In this document: piece by piece, positions 39,001-47,927 of the stretch
Layout: the number at the start of each line of letters is the position of its first letter
Numbering within the stretch: position 1 is the first letter of the stretch
NCBI GenBank assembly: GCA_964247625.1
Contig: CAXTVA010000003.1
Coordinates: 228,849-292,848 of the forward strand
Origin: an uncultured Acidobacteriaceae bacterium
Lineage (GTDB): Bacteria > Acidobacteriota > Terriglobia > Terriglobales > Acidobacteriaceae
DNA: 64,000 nt
Direction: 5' to 3'
The notes under the pieces: model-generated
The model's database searches: none
What the model was told of the DNA's origin: nothing
Seen by the model: only the letters and a program-made list of their open reading frames with translations
Translations under genes and position numbers: made by a program

Positions 39001-40018
39001 TGCTGTTGTTGCCGATGTAGGCGACGACGGCCGCGTCCAGAAGACCGTCTCCGTTGAAGTCTGCAAGTGTGATCGCGAGGGGATCGGCCTGCAGGTCTGA
39101 CTTGAAGAACGCGGTGAAGGTCCCGTCGCCTCTGCCATTTAACGTCTGCAGGCTCAGGAAGCCGTTACTGACACTGCTGGAGATGCCCAGCAGAATGTCG
39201 GGAATGCCGTCGCCGGTGACGTCGGCAATGGCGAGCGCCGTGGCTGAGAGGCTGTTGCTAAGTGTCCAGGTCGAGGTGAAGGTTCCGTCGCCGTTGCCGA
39301 GGAGAACGGTAAGGGCATTGCCGTTCTGGTTGGCCACGACCTTGTCCAGGATGCCGTCGCCGTTGAGGTCGGCAAGAGCAATGGGGGGAAGGCCGTCGAA
39401 GACGAGAGGCGGCAGGGCTGTGTACTGGAGCGTCGTGTGGGTGCTGGACAGCGGCACGGACGCGAGCAGGGCACCGCCGGTTGTCTGATTGCGAAAGCTG
39501 ACGGAGCCGGTGGGCGCGGGCACGCCGAGCGCGGTGACCGTGCTCGGCAGCGTGAAGTTGCCGGCTACACCGGTGGCCTGCGCGGTGGTGCTGGTCGTAG
39601 CGAGGCCGGTGACGGTGAGCGTCTCGGCGGGAGAGACGCTGGGGGCAACCGGCCTGGGCGCATGAGGCGCGCCCTGGAAGAGGGCGGCGACGCTGTAGGC
39701 TCCGGGCGCGAGTCGGAGGTGGATCTGCGCGACGCCCTTGCTGGTCAGCTGAGCCTGCCCCAGAACAGCCGCGTCCTCGCAGTGAGCCGCGCTGGCGTTA
39801 CAGAACAGAACCGTGCCGGCGGGCACGCCCTCGCCCCCGCTGACGACCTGGGCCGAGAGCGTTACAGGCGAGCCTGCCACAACGGAGGCGGGGCTGACGG
39901 TGAGCGTCGTTCTGGTCGGAGCAGGCGTGGCAGCAGCCGCGACAGCGGTCAGCGTAGCCAACACCAACGCTGCAGGCAGAGTCGAGACGAGGCGAGCCGA
40001 GAGTTGAACCATTGGCAT
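36065..40018 (-). CDS. giant secreted FG-GAP (VCBS/integrin-alpha-like) repeat protein with Ig-like and chitobiase-C-like domains
   Basis: 1317 aa with a signal peptide. It carries 14 copies of the Dx(N/D)GDG(I/L)xD motif in two groups of seven. Ig-like modules contain FCNAxxxxC. Two segments resemble CHB_HEX_C domains. Confidence 0.85.
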   Translation of the reverse strand: MPMVQLSARLVSTLPAALVLATLTAVAAAATPAPTRTTLTVSPASVVAGSPVTLSAQVVSGGEGVPAGTVLFCNASAAHCEDAAVLGQAQLTSKGVAQIHLRLAPGAYSVAALFQGAPHAPRPVAPSVSPAETLTVTGLATTSTTAQATGVAGNFTLPSTVTALGVPAPTGSVSFRNQTTGGALLASVPLSSTHTTLQYTALPPLVFDGLPPIALADLNGDGILDKVVANQNGNALTVLLGNGDGTFTSTWTLSNSLSATALAIADVTGDGIPDILLGISSSVSNGFLSLQTLNGRGDGTFTAFFKSDLQADPLAITLADFNGDGLLDAAVVAYIGNNSNAVMILLGDGTGGFFGTGTDTSLSSPEAITSADFNGDGIPDLAITNVSTSPATQNSLTIRLGNGDGTFRTSATLPTGINPQGVVAADFNGDGSPDLAVANVNDTFVSVFLGKGDGTFTAAPPVPVQGGTPSISATDQNGDGIPDLVAGSPLAVYLGKGDGTFHLAMQLPEQVSTFTTGDLNNDGLSDIVTENGVSLGRQVTTVVASNVNLSMPGGTSIIATYSGDLHYAASSAPALSLSNSTAAPVFHPAPAIYPDVQNVTITDATPGAVIFYTLDGSIPTANATRYTGAIRATNQTTIKAIALLSGASSSPVVTAVYLIRLPVPTFTPQPGVYPAPLTISILADPTRCASGPCTIDYTLDGTTPTPGSTLYTGPLTFTAPGIVTIRAIVVAPDHVPSAPATATYFIASTATIALTGSPSTTVAAGTTLNLTAQVLSSGSPVPHGQVVFCNATVVPCSVNTTPFNHPDILGEAQVVNGVAVLPVRLPVGTTVVRAIFQGTPRTPSPVARVISAAVNVVTTGAGRNLTTTIIPRAENGIYSFRNTVQAFGVLPVTGTVTFSDSLNGATPLALGSATLNSAISTVNFTPAPSANTAPSPFSIASGDFNRDGISDLVVAGESGVEVLLANGDGTFRAPQPVPGAAVGLLLVADATGDGLLDIISADQSDQGAVVVVPGRGDGTFGAPVIVVQQPDISAAVVADVNGDGIPDLVTTSSFSTLGNAVTTSLGRGDGSFAAPKTMRVSGQQGNAVLADLNGDGLPDLALLNFTSAGESVLSFLGNGDGTFTAKSSLPLSPLVFVHDLALGDLNGDGTPDLVVSGQDLTVLLGNGDGTFHTGITLSGSQENYSEVQLADFDSNGTLDIATRFGNTTPAGTFTDSLLLLRGNGDGTFQTLRAPVLNSPLGPLTLGDFDGSGVPDVAYADSGRSFVRALLTEQSTLAAIVNITLPGPGTNTITATYSGSAAYMPSTSAPLVISTPTP

Positions 40019-40331
40019 GCTCCTAGGTGACCAGCGACGTAGCGCCGAGAGGTGCGGAGATGAGGCCGATCAGCAGGGCAGTCCGCAGACAAGGACGACG
40101 GTATGTCGATCGTGGAAGCAGCAGCACTGTACCACGGCGGAGTCACGGGCCGTACGCTGTGCTGTTCCAAGACGATTCACCTGAGGCGAAGACCTTGCTC
40201 AGCAACGGTCTCTGCCGACCGCACGTCAAGGCGGCCGGCAGCTCGTCACGCGCGGTCTGAGAAAGGTCGGGAGCTTTCGCGATGCGCACCGGCCCGACTC
40301 GGGCGACTTGAACCTCAGCGGGCTGCAGATC

Positions 40332-41453
40332 CTAGAAGCTGATCTTTAGAATCTGGCCGTTGTTGCCGACGAACCAGCCGGCATGCGGATTCGCGAACGC
40401 GACTGCCCAGTATCCGCTCACCTGGGGTAGTGTGAACCAGGTCTGTCCTTCGTCGGGCGTCCACGCCGCGGCTCCGGCGGCGAAGCTTGGCAGTGTTTCA
40501 GTGGTGATCACGACGGTGCGGTCGTGCTCATGGCCGAAGCGATCCTCGTCGGTCCAGGGGTCTGCGGGTTCGCGACCACGGACATAGGCGAGGCAGAAGA
40601 TGGCTCCTGGAATGGGAGGTTTTTTTGTCAGGGTCCAGGTCCGGCCGCCGTTGTCCGACGTTGCGGCCTGGGCTGCGCTGTCGGTGGTGAGATCGCCGCC
40701 GCCCACGATGCCGTGCCGCGCATCACGGAAGGCGACCGAAAAGCCGCCCGCGTTGGGGTTGCTGATGAGCGGTGTGTCATAGGCGTCCCAGGTGTCGCCT
40801 CCATCGCGCGTGGCCAGGATACGGGCTACGCTGGAGCCGCCGGTCGCGATCCAGGCGTTCTGCCATCCCTCGGTCGTGATGCAGGTTCCGCTCGAGGAGA
40901 AGGACGCCTCCCCCGCCAGGGCGGAAGGCATCCTGCGGGCGATTGAGTGCCAGGTGAGACCGTCGAAGGTGCGAATGTCCGGGAAGATGCCGTTGACCGA
41001 GTCGCTGTGGGTGATGCCGCGGTCCGGCGTCCAGAAGGCGAAGCAGTCATAGAAGGCGTTTGCTGTCTGGTTCTGGAACTCAACGGTCCACTGTGCGCCG
41101 CCATCGACCGTCTTATAGATGCGGAAGTCGCCGGTGTTGTCGCCGATCGACATAAGGTACGCGACCCGCTCGCTGACGCCTTGCACATCGCGGAACTGGA
41201 GACTCTCGGCCCCGGGTACGACTCCGGACTTCCAGGTGGCGCCGCCATCGGTGGTGACGGTGTACGTCCCTCCAGCGCCCGCGGCCCAGACGACTCTGGA
41301 GTTGACTGGACTGACGGCGATCAGCAGCTGCGACGTTCCGCTCTGCTGCGGAACCAGGGTGGGTTGATGACCTCTCCGTGCGTCCTGTGCATGGCCAGCA
41401 TTGGCGGCGCAGGTGGCAAGGAAGAGGGTGAGCAGGAGCGAACGCCTAGACAT
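40332..41453 (-). CDS. secreted BNR/Asp-box beta-propeller protein (Ycf48/sialidase-like fold)
   Basis: ATG at 41453 gives the signal peptide MSRRSLLLTLFLATCAANAGHA. Five SxDxGxTW-like boxes are present (TTDGGATW, TVDGGAQW, TRDGGDTW, SDNGGRTW, TPDEGQTW). Confidence 0.75.
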   Translation of the reverse strand: MSRRSLLLTLFLATCAANAGHAQDARRGHQPTLVPQQSGTSQLLIAVSPVNSRVVWAAGAGGTYTVTTDGGATWKSGVVPGAESLQFRDVQGVSERVAYLMSIGDNTGDFRIYKTVDGGAQWTVEFQNQTANAFYDCFAFWTPDRGITHSDSVNGIFPDIRTFDGLTWHSIARRMPSALAGEASFSSSGTCITTEGWQNAWIATGGSSVARILATRDGGDTWDAYDTPLISNPNAGGFSVAFRDARHGIVGGGDLTTDSAAQAATSDNGGRTWTLTKKPPIPGAIFCLAYVRGREPADPWTDEDRFGHEHDRTVVITTETLPSFAAGAAAWTPDEGQTWFTLPQVSGYWAVAFANPHAGWFVGNNGQILKISF

Positions 41454-41597
41454 AGAGTCCCCCGGAGACGCCACGATGAGTGTTGTTTTTGGATAGTACC
41501 GCCGCCCGGCGGTATGCGCCAGACCAGGGATGCAGATACGTGATGTCTGGAAGGAGGCCGGGCGACTTCAGCTTCAGGGCCGGAGATATTGCTGCCG

Positions 41598-44500
41598 TTA
41601 CAGTTTGCTGACGTCGGTCTCATTGTCGTCGGAGATGCGATCGACGAGCTTGTTATAGGGGTCAATGCCGGCGCGGGTCGGTCGCTCGTCGACGACGATC
41701 TCGAAGGTTTGCTTCTCCTGGGTGATCTTCTCCTTCTTCAAATAGAGCGGCTTCTCGTGCTCTTTTTTCCCGGAGAAGACACCGATGTCGATGAAGTCGT
41801 TCAGGGGCAGGGGCGATTCGGCGCCGTTGCCATCGGCCTTTGCCTTGCGCGCCTGCACGGTCAGGGTGATCTTGTACTTCTTCTCGGGAGTCTCGACGTA
41901 GGTGGCGGCGAGGGCTTTGTTGTCGTAGAGGACGATGTTCTCGAAGGCATCAGTGATGTAGTACTGGTACTCCGGCGGCGTAGCGGCGCGGAGGGCGTTT
42001 ACAAACTGACGGGTGTCGGGGTAAGGGATCTCCTGCGAGGTATGGGCGTTGGGATACTGGTGCTGCATGAGGAAGTCACGCAGCGCGGCGTTGAGCTTGT
42101 CTTCGCCGATGTAGTCCGACAGCGCATAGAGAACGATCGCACCCTTTTGATACCAGACGTACTGCTCGTTCTGGACGAGGACGAGCGGGTTCTCGTGGCG
42201 GATCTCACCGGACCTGCCGCGAAGGTAGCCGTCAAGCTCATGCGCGAGGAACTTGCGCATGTTGTCCGTGCCGTACTTCTTCTCCGCCACGCGCAGCGCG
42301 GAGTACTCGGCGAGCGACTCGGACATCATGTTTGAGCCTTCGACGTTGCCGCCGAGAAGCTGATGTCCCCACCACTGGTGGGCGAACTCGTGGGCGGTGA
42401 CGAAGTAGGCGAAGTCGATGTCGTCCGGCTTCTCGACGCGATCGATGAAGCCGATTGCTTCAGAGAACGGCACAGTGTTGGCCAGGGACTCCGCAAACTG
42501 ACGATAGCGGGGGTACTCGATGATGCGGTACTGCTTGAACTGATAGGGGCCGAAGTTCTTCTCGTAGTAGGCGAGGCTTGCCTTGGACGACTGAATCATG
42601 TCCTGCACGTCGTACTCATGCGTGGGGATGTGGTAGACCTCGATGTTGATGGGCCCGTTGACGCCCGGGTAGACATCGCGGGTGACGACGTAGCGGCCGG
42701 AGTTGAAGCTGAACCAGGCTGCCATGGGCACATCGCCCATGTCGTAGGTGAAGTAGTGGCGGCCGTTCTGGTGCCACTCCTTCTGGAGGTAGCCGGGGGC
42801 GATGGCGATCTGCGGCTTTCCTTCGTCATCAGCGTCAGAGGTACTGACGGTGGTGCGGAACTTGATGTAGTCCTGGCTGATGAGCGAGCCCCACGGGTCG
42901 CCGCGGTGGGGCAGAAGCTGGAGCTCGCCGAGGTGCTCTTCGCGACGGCGGCGTGGGTCCTGGAGCTCCACGCCTGTGTCATACCCGATGTTCGGAAACC
43001 AAGCCTGGTCAAAGAAGGTGCCTGAATGGGCGAACTCCGGAGACTCGTGGCCGTCCCGGAAGCCGTGCTCCGTGTGACGGACGGTGAAGGTCATGTCCAC
43101 GGTCTCGGTGGGCGCGACCGGTGTCTCGAACTGGTAGATCGTGTACTGGCGGTTGGAACTGACCGAGACGACATGGAAGGGACGGTTAAAGCTGATGTTT
43201 TGAATGGAGGGCTCGGTGTTGATCGCGCCGAAGGCACCGGAGTGCGCGTCGGAGATGTGGACCTGCGAGATGGGTGTCGGGTATTTGTTCTGGAGAACGA
43301 AGCGTCCGGTGCCGGAGAAAGAGCGGCGCTCGGGGTAGATGTCGACGCTGGTCTCGGCCGCGACCAGCTTGAGCTGCAACTGGTGCAGGTATCTTCTGTT
43401 CTCACGCTCGTACTGCGCCTGAATTCTTCTTCCATCCTTCGCGTTGATGTAGACGTTCAGGATGTGAGCGTTGTAGAAGAACCAGGCCCCGCTGAGAACA
43501 GTGACGAGCAGAAAGAAGATGCCGGCTGGAAGCAGCCGGGGCGCGCGCTGCCGGGCAAGCCTAAAGCGTGCGGACCAGCCATCTTCCGAACCGCGCCGGG
43601 CAAGCGCGATGGAGAGGACACCAAGCACGCACATGAAGCCGAGCCAGTAGGCGGTCGACCAGAGGAGCGCCTGCACGAAGTGGCCGTAGCCGTTCATGTC
43701 CGAGTAGGTGACGGAGGTGGTGTTGCCGATGAGGTAGAGGGTGTTCTCCCAGCCAAACCCTTGCAGGAAGGGCGTGATCACAAAGACGAAGATCACGATG
43801 CCGTGACCGATGAACTTGTTCGAGACCACCGTCTGAACGAAGAGCGCGAGCAGGACGAAGATCAAGACCTCTGGAAAGGCGACGAGGTAGAGCTCCTTTG
43901 CGTACTGGAGCAGCTCGTAATGAAAGTAGCCGGCGACGGTCTGCATGAGGACGCCGCAGAGGCCTGCGACGGTGAGCAGGACGAGTTCGACGAAGCAGAG
44001 CGCGGCGAGCTTTGAGAGCCAGTCGGTAGTCTCGCGCAGGGGAAGCGCATCGTGGATGCCGGAGAAGTGGGTGTCGCGCTCGCGCCACATGAGCTCCGCA
44101 CCATAGAGCGTGGCGACGATGTAGAAGAAGAGGCTGGCGCCGCCTTCCACCGACTGCAGCATGAGGTAGGTGACGGGCCAGACGTTCTCACCAGCCAGAT
44201 GCCCGGCGAAGTGGCCGTTCACGGTCGCGAGGGCGATCATCAGGATGAGGATGCCCCAGAACGGGATCTCGCGGACGATGTTCGCGATGCGAATGCGGGT
44301 GAGTGAGAGGAACTGGGCGAAGGAGGTTCCAGCGCCGAAGACCTGGTGTACCCGAGGAAGTGGAACCGCGACGAGCGAGGGTCGAGGTCGGGCTGCCTCT
44401 TCCTGCTCCCGCTGCAGGTTGGCGCGCTTGCTGCTGGTCTTTGCGGTCAGAGCCTCGACGGACAGGGGAAAGAACTTCCAGACAGCGAGCAGGCTGCCGA

Positions 44501-45266
44501 GGCCGATCGCGCTCCAGAGCAGGCGGTTGTAAAGGAAGACTCCTGACCAGGCAAAGAGGAGAGTGTTCTTCTCGATGACCGTCCAGTAACGGGCGATCGC
44601 ATCGCTGTAGACGAAGCCGATTGGATCGAAGATCGCGGTCCAGAAGTGCTCGAGCGTCCTGTTCGCCAGAATTGCATTTGCGCCGATGAAGTACAGGATG
44701 AAGAGTGCAGCGCCTTGGAGGTACACGATGAAGATCTTGCGGGAGAGGGCGGCGACGAGGAAGAAGAGCGAGCCCAGAAAGAAGATCTGAACGACGGAGA
44801 CCGAGAAGAAGGGCTGGAGGAGCCAGAGGAGGTGATTGGGAGCGATGCGGGAGTGGTCCGCCCAGGGCGCGAAGGTGCCGAGGACGCCGCCGAAGAGCAT
44901 TCCAGAGAAGGCGAAGACGGTGGTGACGAAGGATCCGGCCCAGCGGCCGCCAAGGTAGGCGAATCTGAAGATGGGCTTTGTGAAGAGGATCTGGATTGTG
45001 TCGCGCTGGAAGTCGCGCAGGATGGACGTGCCGAAGATGGCGGCGATGACGATGACACCGAAGAAGCTGGCGCCGATGTAGTTAAACGTGTTCGCGTAGG
45101 GGCCGTTGAGAAGGACCTTGCCGTTGGCGTTGCCGATTGGCCCGAAGCTTTCGCTCGCGATGCAGAGGAACTCGAAGGCGAACCAGAGCAGGAAGTAGAC
45201 GTAGGTCGAGATGCTCTTGGCACGGAACTTGAGCTCGAAGGTGAAGAACTCCCAGAACTGGGTCAT
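41598..45266 (-). CDS. ABC-2-type permease fused to an M1-family (aminopeptidase N-like) metallopeptidase domain
   Basis: ATG at 45266 follows AAGGAGAG. By eye there are about 13 hydrophobic segments in the first ~560 aa. The C-terminal ~650 aa carries HEFAHQWWGH...SESLAEY (gluzincin HExxH+E). Confidence 0.85.
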   Translation of the reverse strand: MTQFWEFFTFELKFRAKSISTYVYFLLWFAFEFLCIASESFGPIGNANGKVLLNGPYANTFNYIGASFFGVIVIAAIFGTSILRDFQRDTIQILFTKPIFRFAYLGGRWAGSFVTTVFAFSGMLFGGVLGTFAPWADHSRIAPNHLLWLLQPFFSVSVVQIFFLGSLFFLVAALSRKIFIVYLQGAALFILYFIGANAILANRTLEHFWTAIFDPIGFVYSDAIARYWTVIEKNTLLFAWSGVFLYNRLLWSAIGLGSLLAVWKFFPLSVEALTAKTSSKRANLQREQEEAARPRPSLVAVPLPRVHQVFGAGTSFAQFLSLTRIRIANIVREIPFWGILILMIALATVNGHFAGHLAGENVWPVTYLMLQSVEGGASLFFYIVATLYGAELMWRERDTHFSGIHDALPLRETTDWLSKLAALCFVELVLLTVAGLCGVLMQTVAGYFHYELLQYAKELYLVAFPEVLIFVLLALFVQTVVSNKFIGHGIVIFVFVITPFLQGFGWENTLYLIGNTTSVTYSDMNGYGHFVQALLWSTAYWLGFMCVLGVLSIALARRGSEDGWSARFRLARQRAPRLLPAGIFFLLVTVLSGAWFFYNAHILNVYINAKDGRRIQAQYERENRRYLHQLQLKLVAAETSVDIYPERRSFSGTGRFVLQNKYPTPISQVHISDAHSGAFGAINTEPSIQNISFNRPFHVVSVSSNRQYTIYQFETPVAPTETVDMTFTVRHTEHGFRDGHESPEFAHSGTFFDQAWFPNIGYDTGVELQDPRRRREEHLGELQLLPHRGDPWGSLISQDYIKFRTTVSTSDADDEGKPQIAIAPGYLQKEWHQNGRHYFTYDMGDVPMAAWFSFNSGRYVVTRDVYPGVNGPINIEVYHIPTHEYDVQDMIQSSKASLAYYEKNFGPYQFKQYRIIEYPRYRQFAESLANTVPFSEAIGFIDRVEKPDDIDFAYFVTAHEFAHQWWGHQLLGGNVEGSNMMSESLAEYSALRVAEKKYGTDNMRKFLAHELDGYLRGRSGEIRHENPLVLVQNEQYVWYQKGAIVLYALSDYIGEDKLNAALRDFLMQHQYPNAHTSQEIPYPDTRQFVNALRAATPPEYQYYITDAFENIVLYDNKALAATYVETPEKKYKITLTVQARKAKADGNGAESPLPLNDFIDIGVFSGKKEHEKPLYLKKEKITQEKQTFEIVVDERPTRAGIDPYNKLVDRISDDNETDVSKL

Positions 45267-45294
45267 GGTGCTGCCGCTCTCCTTTCTGCCTGGG

Positions 45295-46248
45295 TTAGTT
45301 CCTTGCCTGACTCGCAGAGCTCTGGCTGGCGAGATTGAGGAAGTAGACGTCCTCCAGGCCGGAGTCGACGGGCGAGAAGCCTTCGCCAGGATGGGCATCC
45401 GCGTAGATGCGAACCTCGTGCAGGCCACCGACGAGATGGGTGGAGATGACGTTCAGACTGCTTTCGAGAGCACGAAGTTCGTCGTCGGAGGAGACGACCT
45501 TGCTCCAGATCTTCCCCTTCAACTGATGCAGGGCCTCGGCGGGGGAGCCTTCGAGGAGCAACTCGCCATTGGCGATGATGGCCATGCGCGGACAGAGTTC
45601 GCGGACGTCATCCACGATGTGCGTGGACAAGATGACGGTCACGTTGGAGCCGATCGAGCTAAGAAGATTGAGGAAACGATTGCGCTCGGCGGGGTCGAGC
45701 CCGGCCGTCGGTTCGTCAACGATGATCAGCTTCGGGCTCGCAAGGAGCGCCTGCGCGATGCCGAAGCGCTGCTTCATGCCGCCCGAATAGGTGCTGAGAG
45801 CCTTCTTGCGCGCAGCCCAGAGATTCGTCTGATTCAACAGCGCATCGACCATCTGGTTGCGCTCGGTCTTATTCGTGACGCCTTTCAGGATGGCGAGATG
45901 CTGGAGCATGTCGAGCGCCGACATCCTCGGGTAGACACCGAACTCCTGGGGAAGATAGCCAAGGACCTTGCGGACGGCGTCTTTCTCCTTTAGTACATCG
46001 AGGCCGTCGAGGACGATGGTGCCGGTGTCGGGATCCTGAAGGGTGGCGACTGTGCGCATCAAGCTGCTCTTGCCCGCGCCATTAGGACCGAGCAGACCAA
46101 ACATGTTGTTGCCGATCGTCAACGAGAGATTCTTCAGCGCTTTTACACCGTTTGGATAGGTCTTCGACAGACCGGCGATGGCGAGTCCCAAGCAGTTGTC
46201 CTCCAACTCTTGTCGTTCTCTATTTGTGCGTAAGCCGCACTTTATCAT
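45295..46248 (-). CDS. ABC transporter ATP-binding protein (ABC-2 subfamily)
   Basis: Walker A GPNGAGKS, signature YSGGMKQR and Walker B LIIVDEPTAGLD are present. It ends 28 nt before the permease-M1 gene. The start (ATG 46248) is uncertain. Confidence 0.85.
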   Translation of the reverse strand: MIKCGLRTNRERQELEDNCLGLAIAGLSKTYPNGVKALKNLSLTIGNNMFGLLGPNGAGKSSLMRTVATLQDPDTGTIVLDGLDVLKEKDAVRKVLGYLPQEFGVYPRMSALDMLQHLAILKGVTNKTERNQMVDALLNQTNLWAARKKALSTYSGGMKQRFGIAQALLASPKLIIVDEPTAGLDPAERNRFLNLLSSIGSNVTVILSTHIVDDVRELCPRMAIIANGELLLEGSPAEALHQLKGKIWSKVVSSDDELRALESSLNVISTHLVGGLHEVRIYADAHPGEGFSPVDSGLEDVYFLNLASQSSASQARN

Positions 46249-46881
46249 GGCGCGAAGCCCACGCAGCGTGTGTCGACGCGAAGGAAGCTGCATCGAGCCG
46301 CTCAGATCCGAGGCGGATTCGCTCGGAGTGTGAGGCAGACGGGGAAGCCCGCACCTCCTTCGTGGAGAGTTCAGCGGCGTCAGGTGCAGTCTCCCCTTGA
46401 ACTCTTACCCGTTTCAGCAGACTTCCCAGACGCAACGGGATGCCCTCTCGAAGGGCGTCTCATCTCCGGTGTAAGGGGAAATGGTAATGATGATGTTCTG
46501 GCCCGTCCTCAGGCGCCCATGGATGAGTCATGACTCGCCGATGCACTCATCGAGGCTGAGCTGATTCAGGGCTACCTTTACACCTACGCTGACGCCTCGC
46601 CTTTCTCTGGTGATAGGCGGGACGTGCGTATAAGGCTTCGTAACACGATGTCTTCCATAGTGAACAAAGCCTACTTGCGAGCTGTGTTCACTTAAGGATC
46701 ATCCCACTGCGGCACATCCTGCCGTGTCCCTGAGTGCCATGGAAGGGGAGCTGGCAACTTGATTGCAATGAATTCCGACGAGCGAATGACTGCCGATGCT
46801 CTACCACGTCGTCGGCGTCTCACCCGTACTGCGAATCGAGAGTGACTAGGGTCGGAACGGCAGCTCTTGCATGTTGGAACG

Positions 46882-47808
46882 CTACAATCGCTGTGGCTCA
46901 ACGCGGCGAGCGCGCATGTAATCGCGTGGAGAGCTGCCCCAATGCCGCTTGAAGGCCGCACTGAACGCACTTTCGGATTGATAGCCAAGCACAGGCGCCA
47001 GTGATGCAATCGACTCAGTGGGGTCTTGCACTCGCTTCGCAGCCAGTGTCATCCGCCACTTCGTGAGATATTCCATCGGCGAGCTTCCCACGAATCTCTT
47101 GAACGTCTGCGAGAAGGCAGTCCTTGACATGCCGACGGTGCGGGCGAGCTCCTGCACCGTCCAAGCACGTGCGGGTTGCTGATGCATCGAGGAAAGTGCC
47201 GCCCGCAGGCGTTCATCTGCAAGAGCCGGTAGCCAGCCCTTGCCGCGTTGCGCATCGTCCCTCAGGTGAAGGCGAAGAGCTTCGACCAGCAGGGTATAGG
47301 CAATCTGTTGTGCTACAAGAGTGCCTCCCGGTTGCGGGTCGCGCATCTCGCGCTGTAAGCGCTCCACTGCCCAGCGCATCGACTCCCGCTGCATGTCGTT
47401 GTCGACCCTAACAATTGGCGGGAGAACATCTAGAAGGAAGCGACCATCGCCTTCAAGTGCGAAGTAGCTGCCGAGCAGAAAGAAGCTGTCACCGGGGCTT
47501 GCAGAGACGACGCCGTTGTATCTCTCCACGGAAGAGAGGAACTCCCATGCGTCTCTGCTTGGAAGGAACAGATCGCTTCCGATGACAAATGACCTTCCGT
47601 GCGGCAGCAGCACACAGGCGCCTGCCCGGAGTTGAATGGGCTCTGCGACGCCATCCATCGAGAGCCAGCACTCGCCTCGAACGACGCTGTAGCACTTCAG
47701 CCCTTCGTGAGCCTCGAAGCGGAGCGACCAAGGTTCACCCGCCGTGAGAGCGCCGGTCACGTAGTTGTGCGGCTTGAGGAGCGATAGGACGTCAGACAAG
47801 GGATCCAT
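46882..47808 (-). CDS. AraC-family transcriptional regulator (cupin-type sensor + HTH)
   Basis: ATG at 47808 gives MDPLSDVLSLLKP, which is typical of this subfamily. The C-terminal double HTH is WTVQELARTVGMSRTAFSQTFKRFVG...GYQSESAFSAAFKRHWG. Confidence 0.85.
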   Translation of the reverse strand: MDPLSDVLSLLKPHNYVTGALTAGEPWSLRFEAHEGLKCYSVVRGECWLSMDGVAEPIQLRAGACVLLPHGRSFVIGSDLFLPSRDAWEFLSSVERYNGVVSASPGDSFFLLGSYFALEGDGRFLLDVLPPIVRVDNDMQRESMRWAVERLQREMRDPQPGGTLVAQQIAYTLLVEALRLHLRDDAQRGKGWLPALADERLRAALSSMHQQPARAWTVQELARTVGMSRTAFSQTFKRFVGSSPMEYLTKWRMTLAAKRVQDPTESIASLAPVLGYQSESAFSAAFKRHWGSSPRDYMRARRVEPQRL

Positions 47809-47927
47809 AGCTGTGGACGATCGCGACGATAAAGTGAACGTAGCAGCATTGATCGTACGTTTGGGCGTCGTTACAGTCAATGCTGGCAGTTGGACGTGAA
47901 CGAATGCAACCGGCCCACAGGAGAACT

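Noticed and set aside
40620-40626. T7/A7 homopolymer inside the BNR propeller gene (LTKKPP) as a phase-variation or frameshift site.
   Set aside because: The reading frame is intact on both sides. A single A7 run is too short to argue for phase variation without population data.
41490-41512. Hairpin TACCGCC-gccc-GGCGGTA after the permease-M1 gene as a terminator.
   Set aside because: The T-run (GTTGTTTTTGG) lies on the wrong side of the stem for either strand. It therefore does not fit an intrinsic terminator.
46525-46536. Perfect 12-bp palindrome GAGTCATGACTC in the gap upstream of the ABC operon. Similar short GC palindromes include GGAGATCTCC at 61099-61108 and GCGCCGGCGC near 51640.
   Set aside because: About 64,000 x 4^-6, or roughly 16, perfect 12-bp palindromes are expected by chance in a window this size. 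No second half-site or repeat supports an operator.
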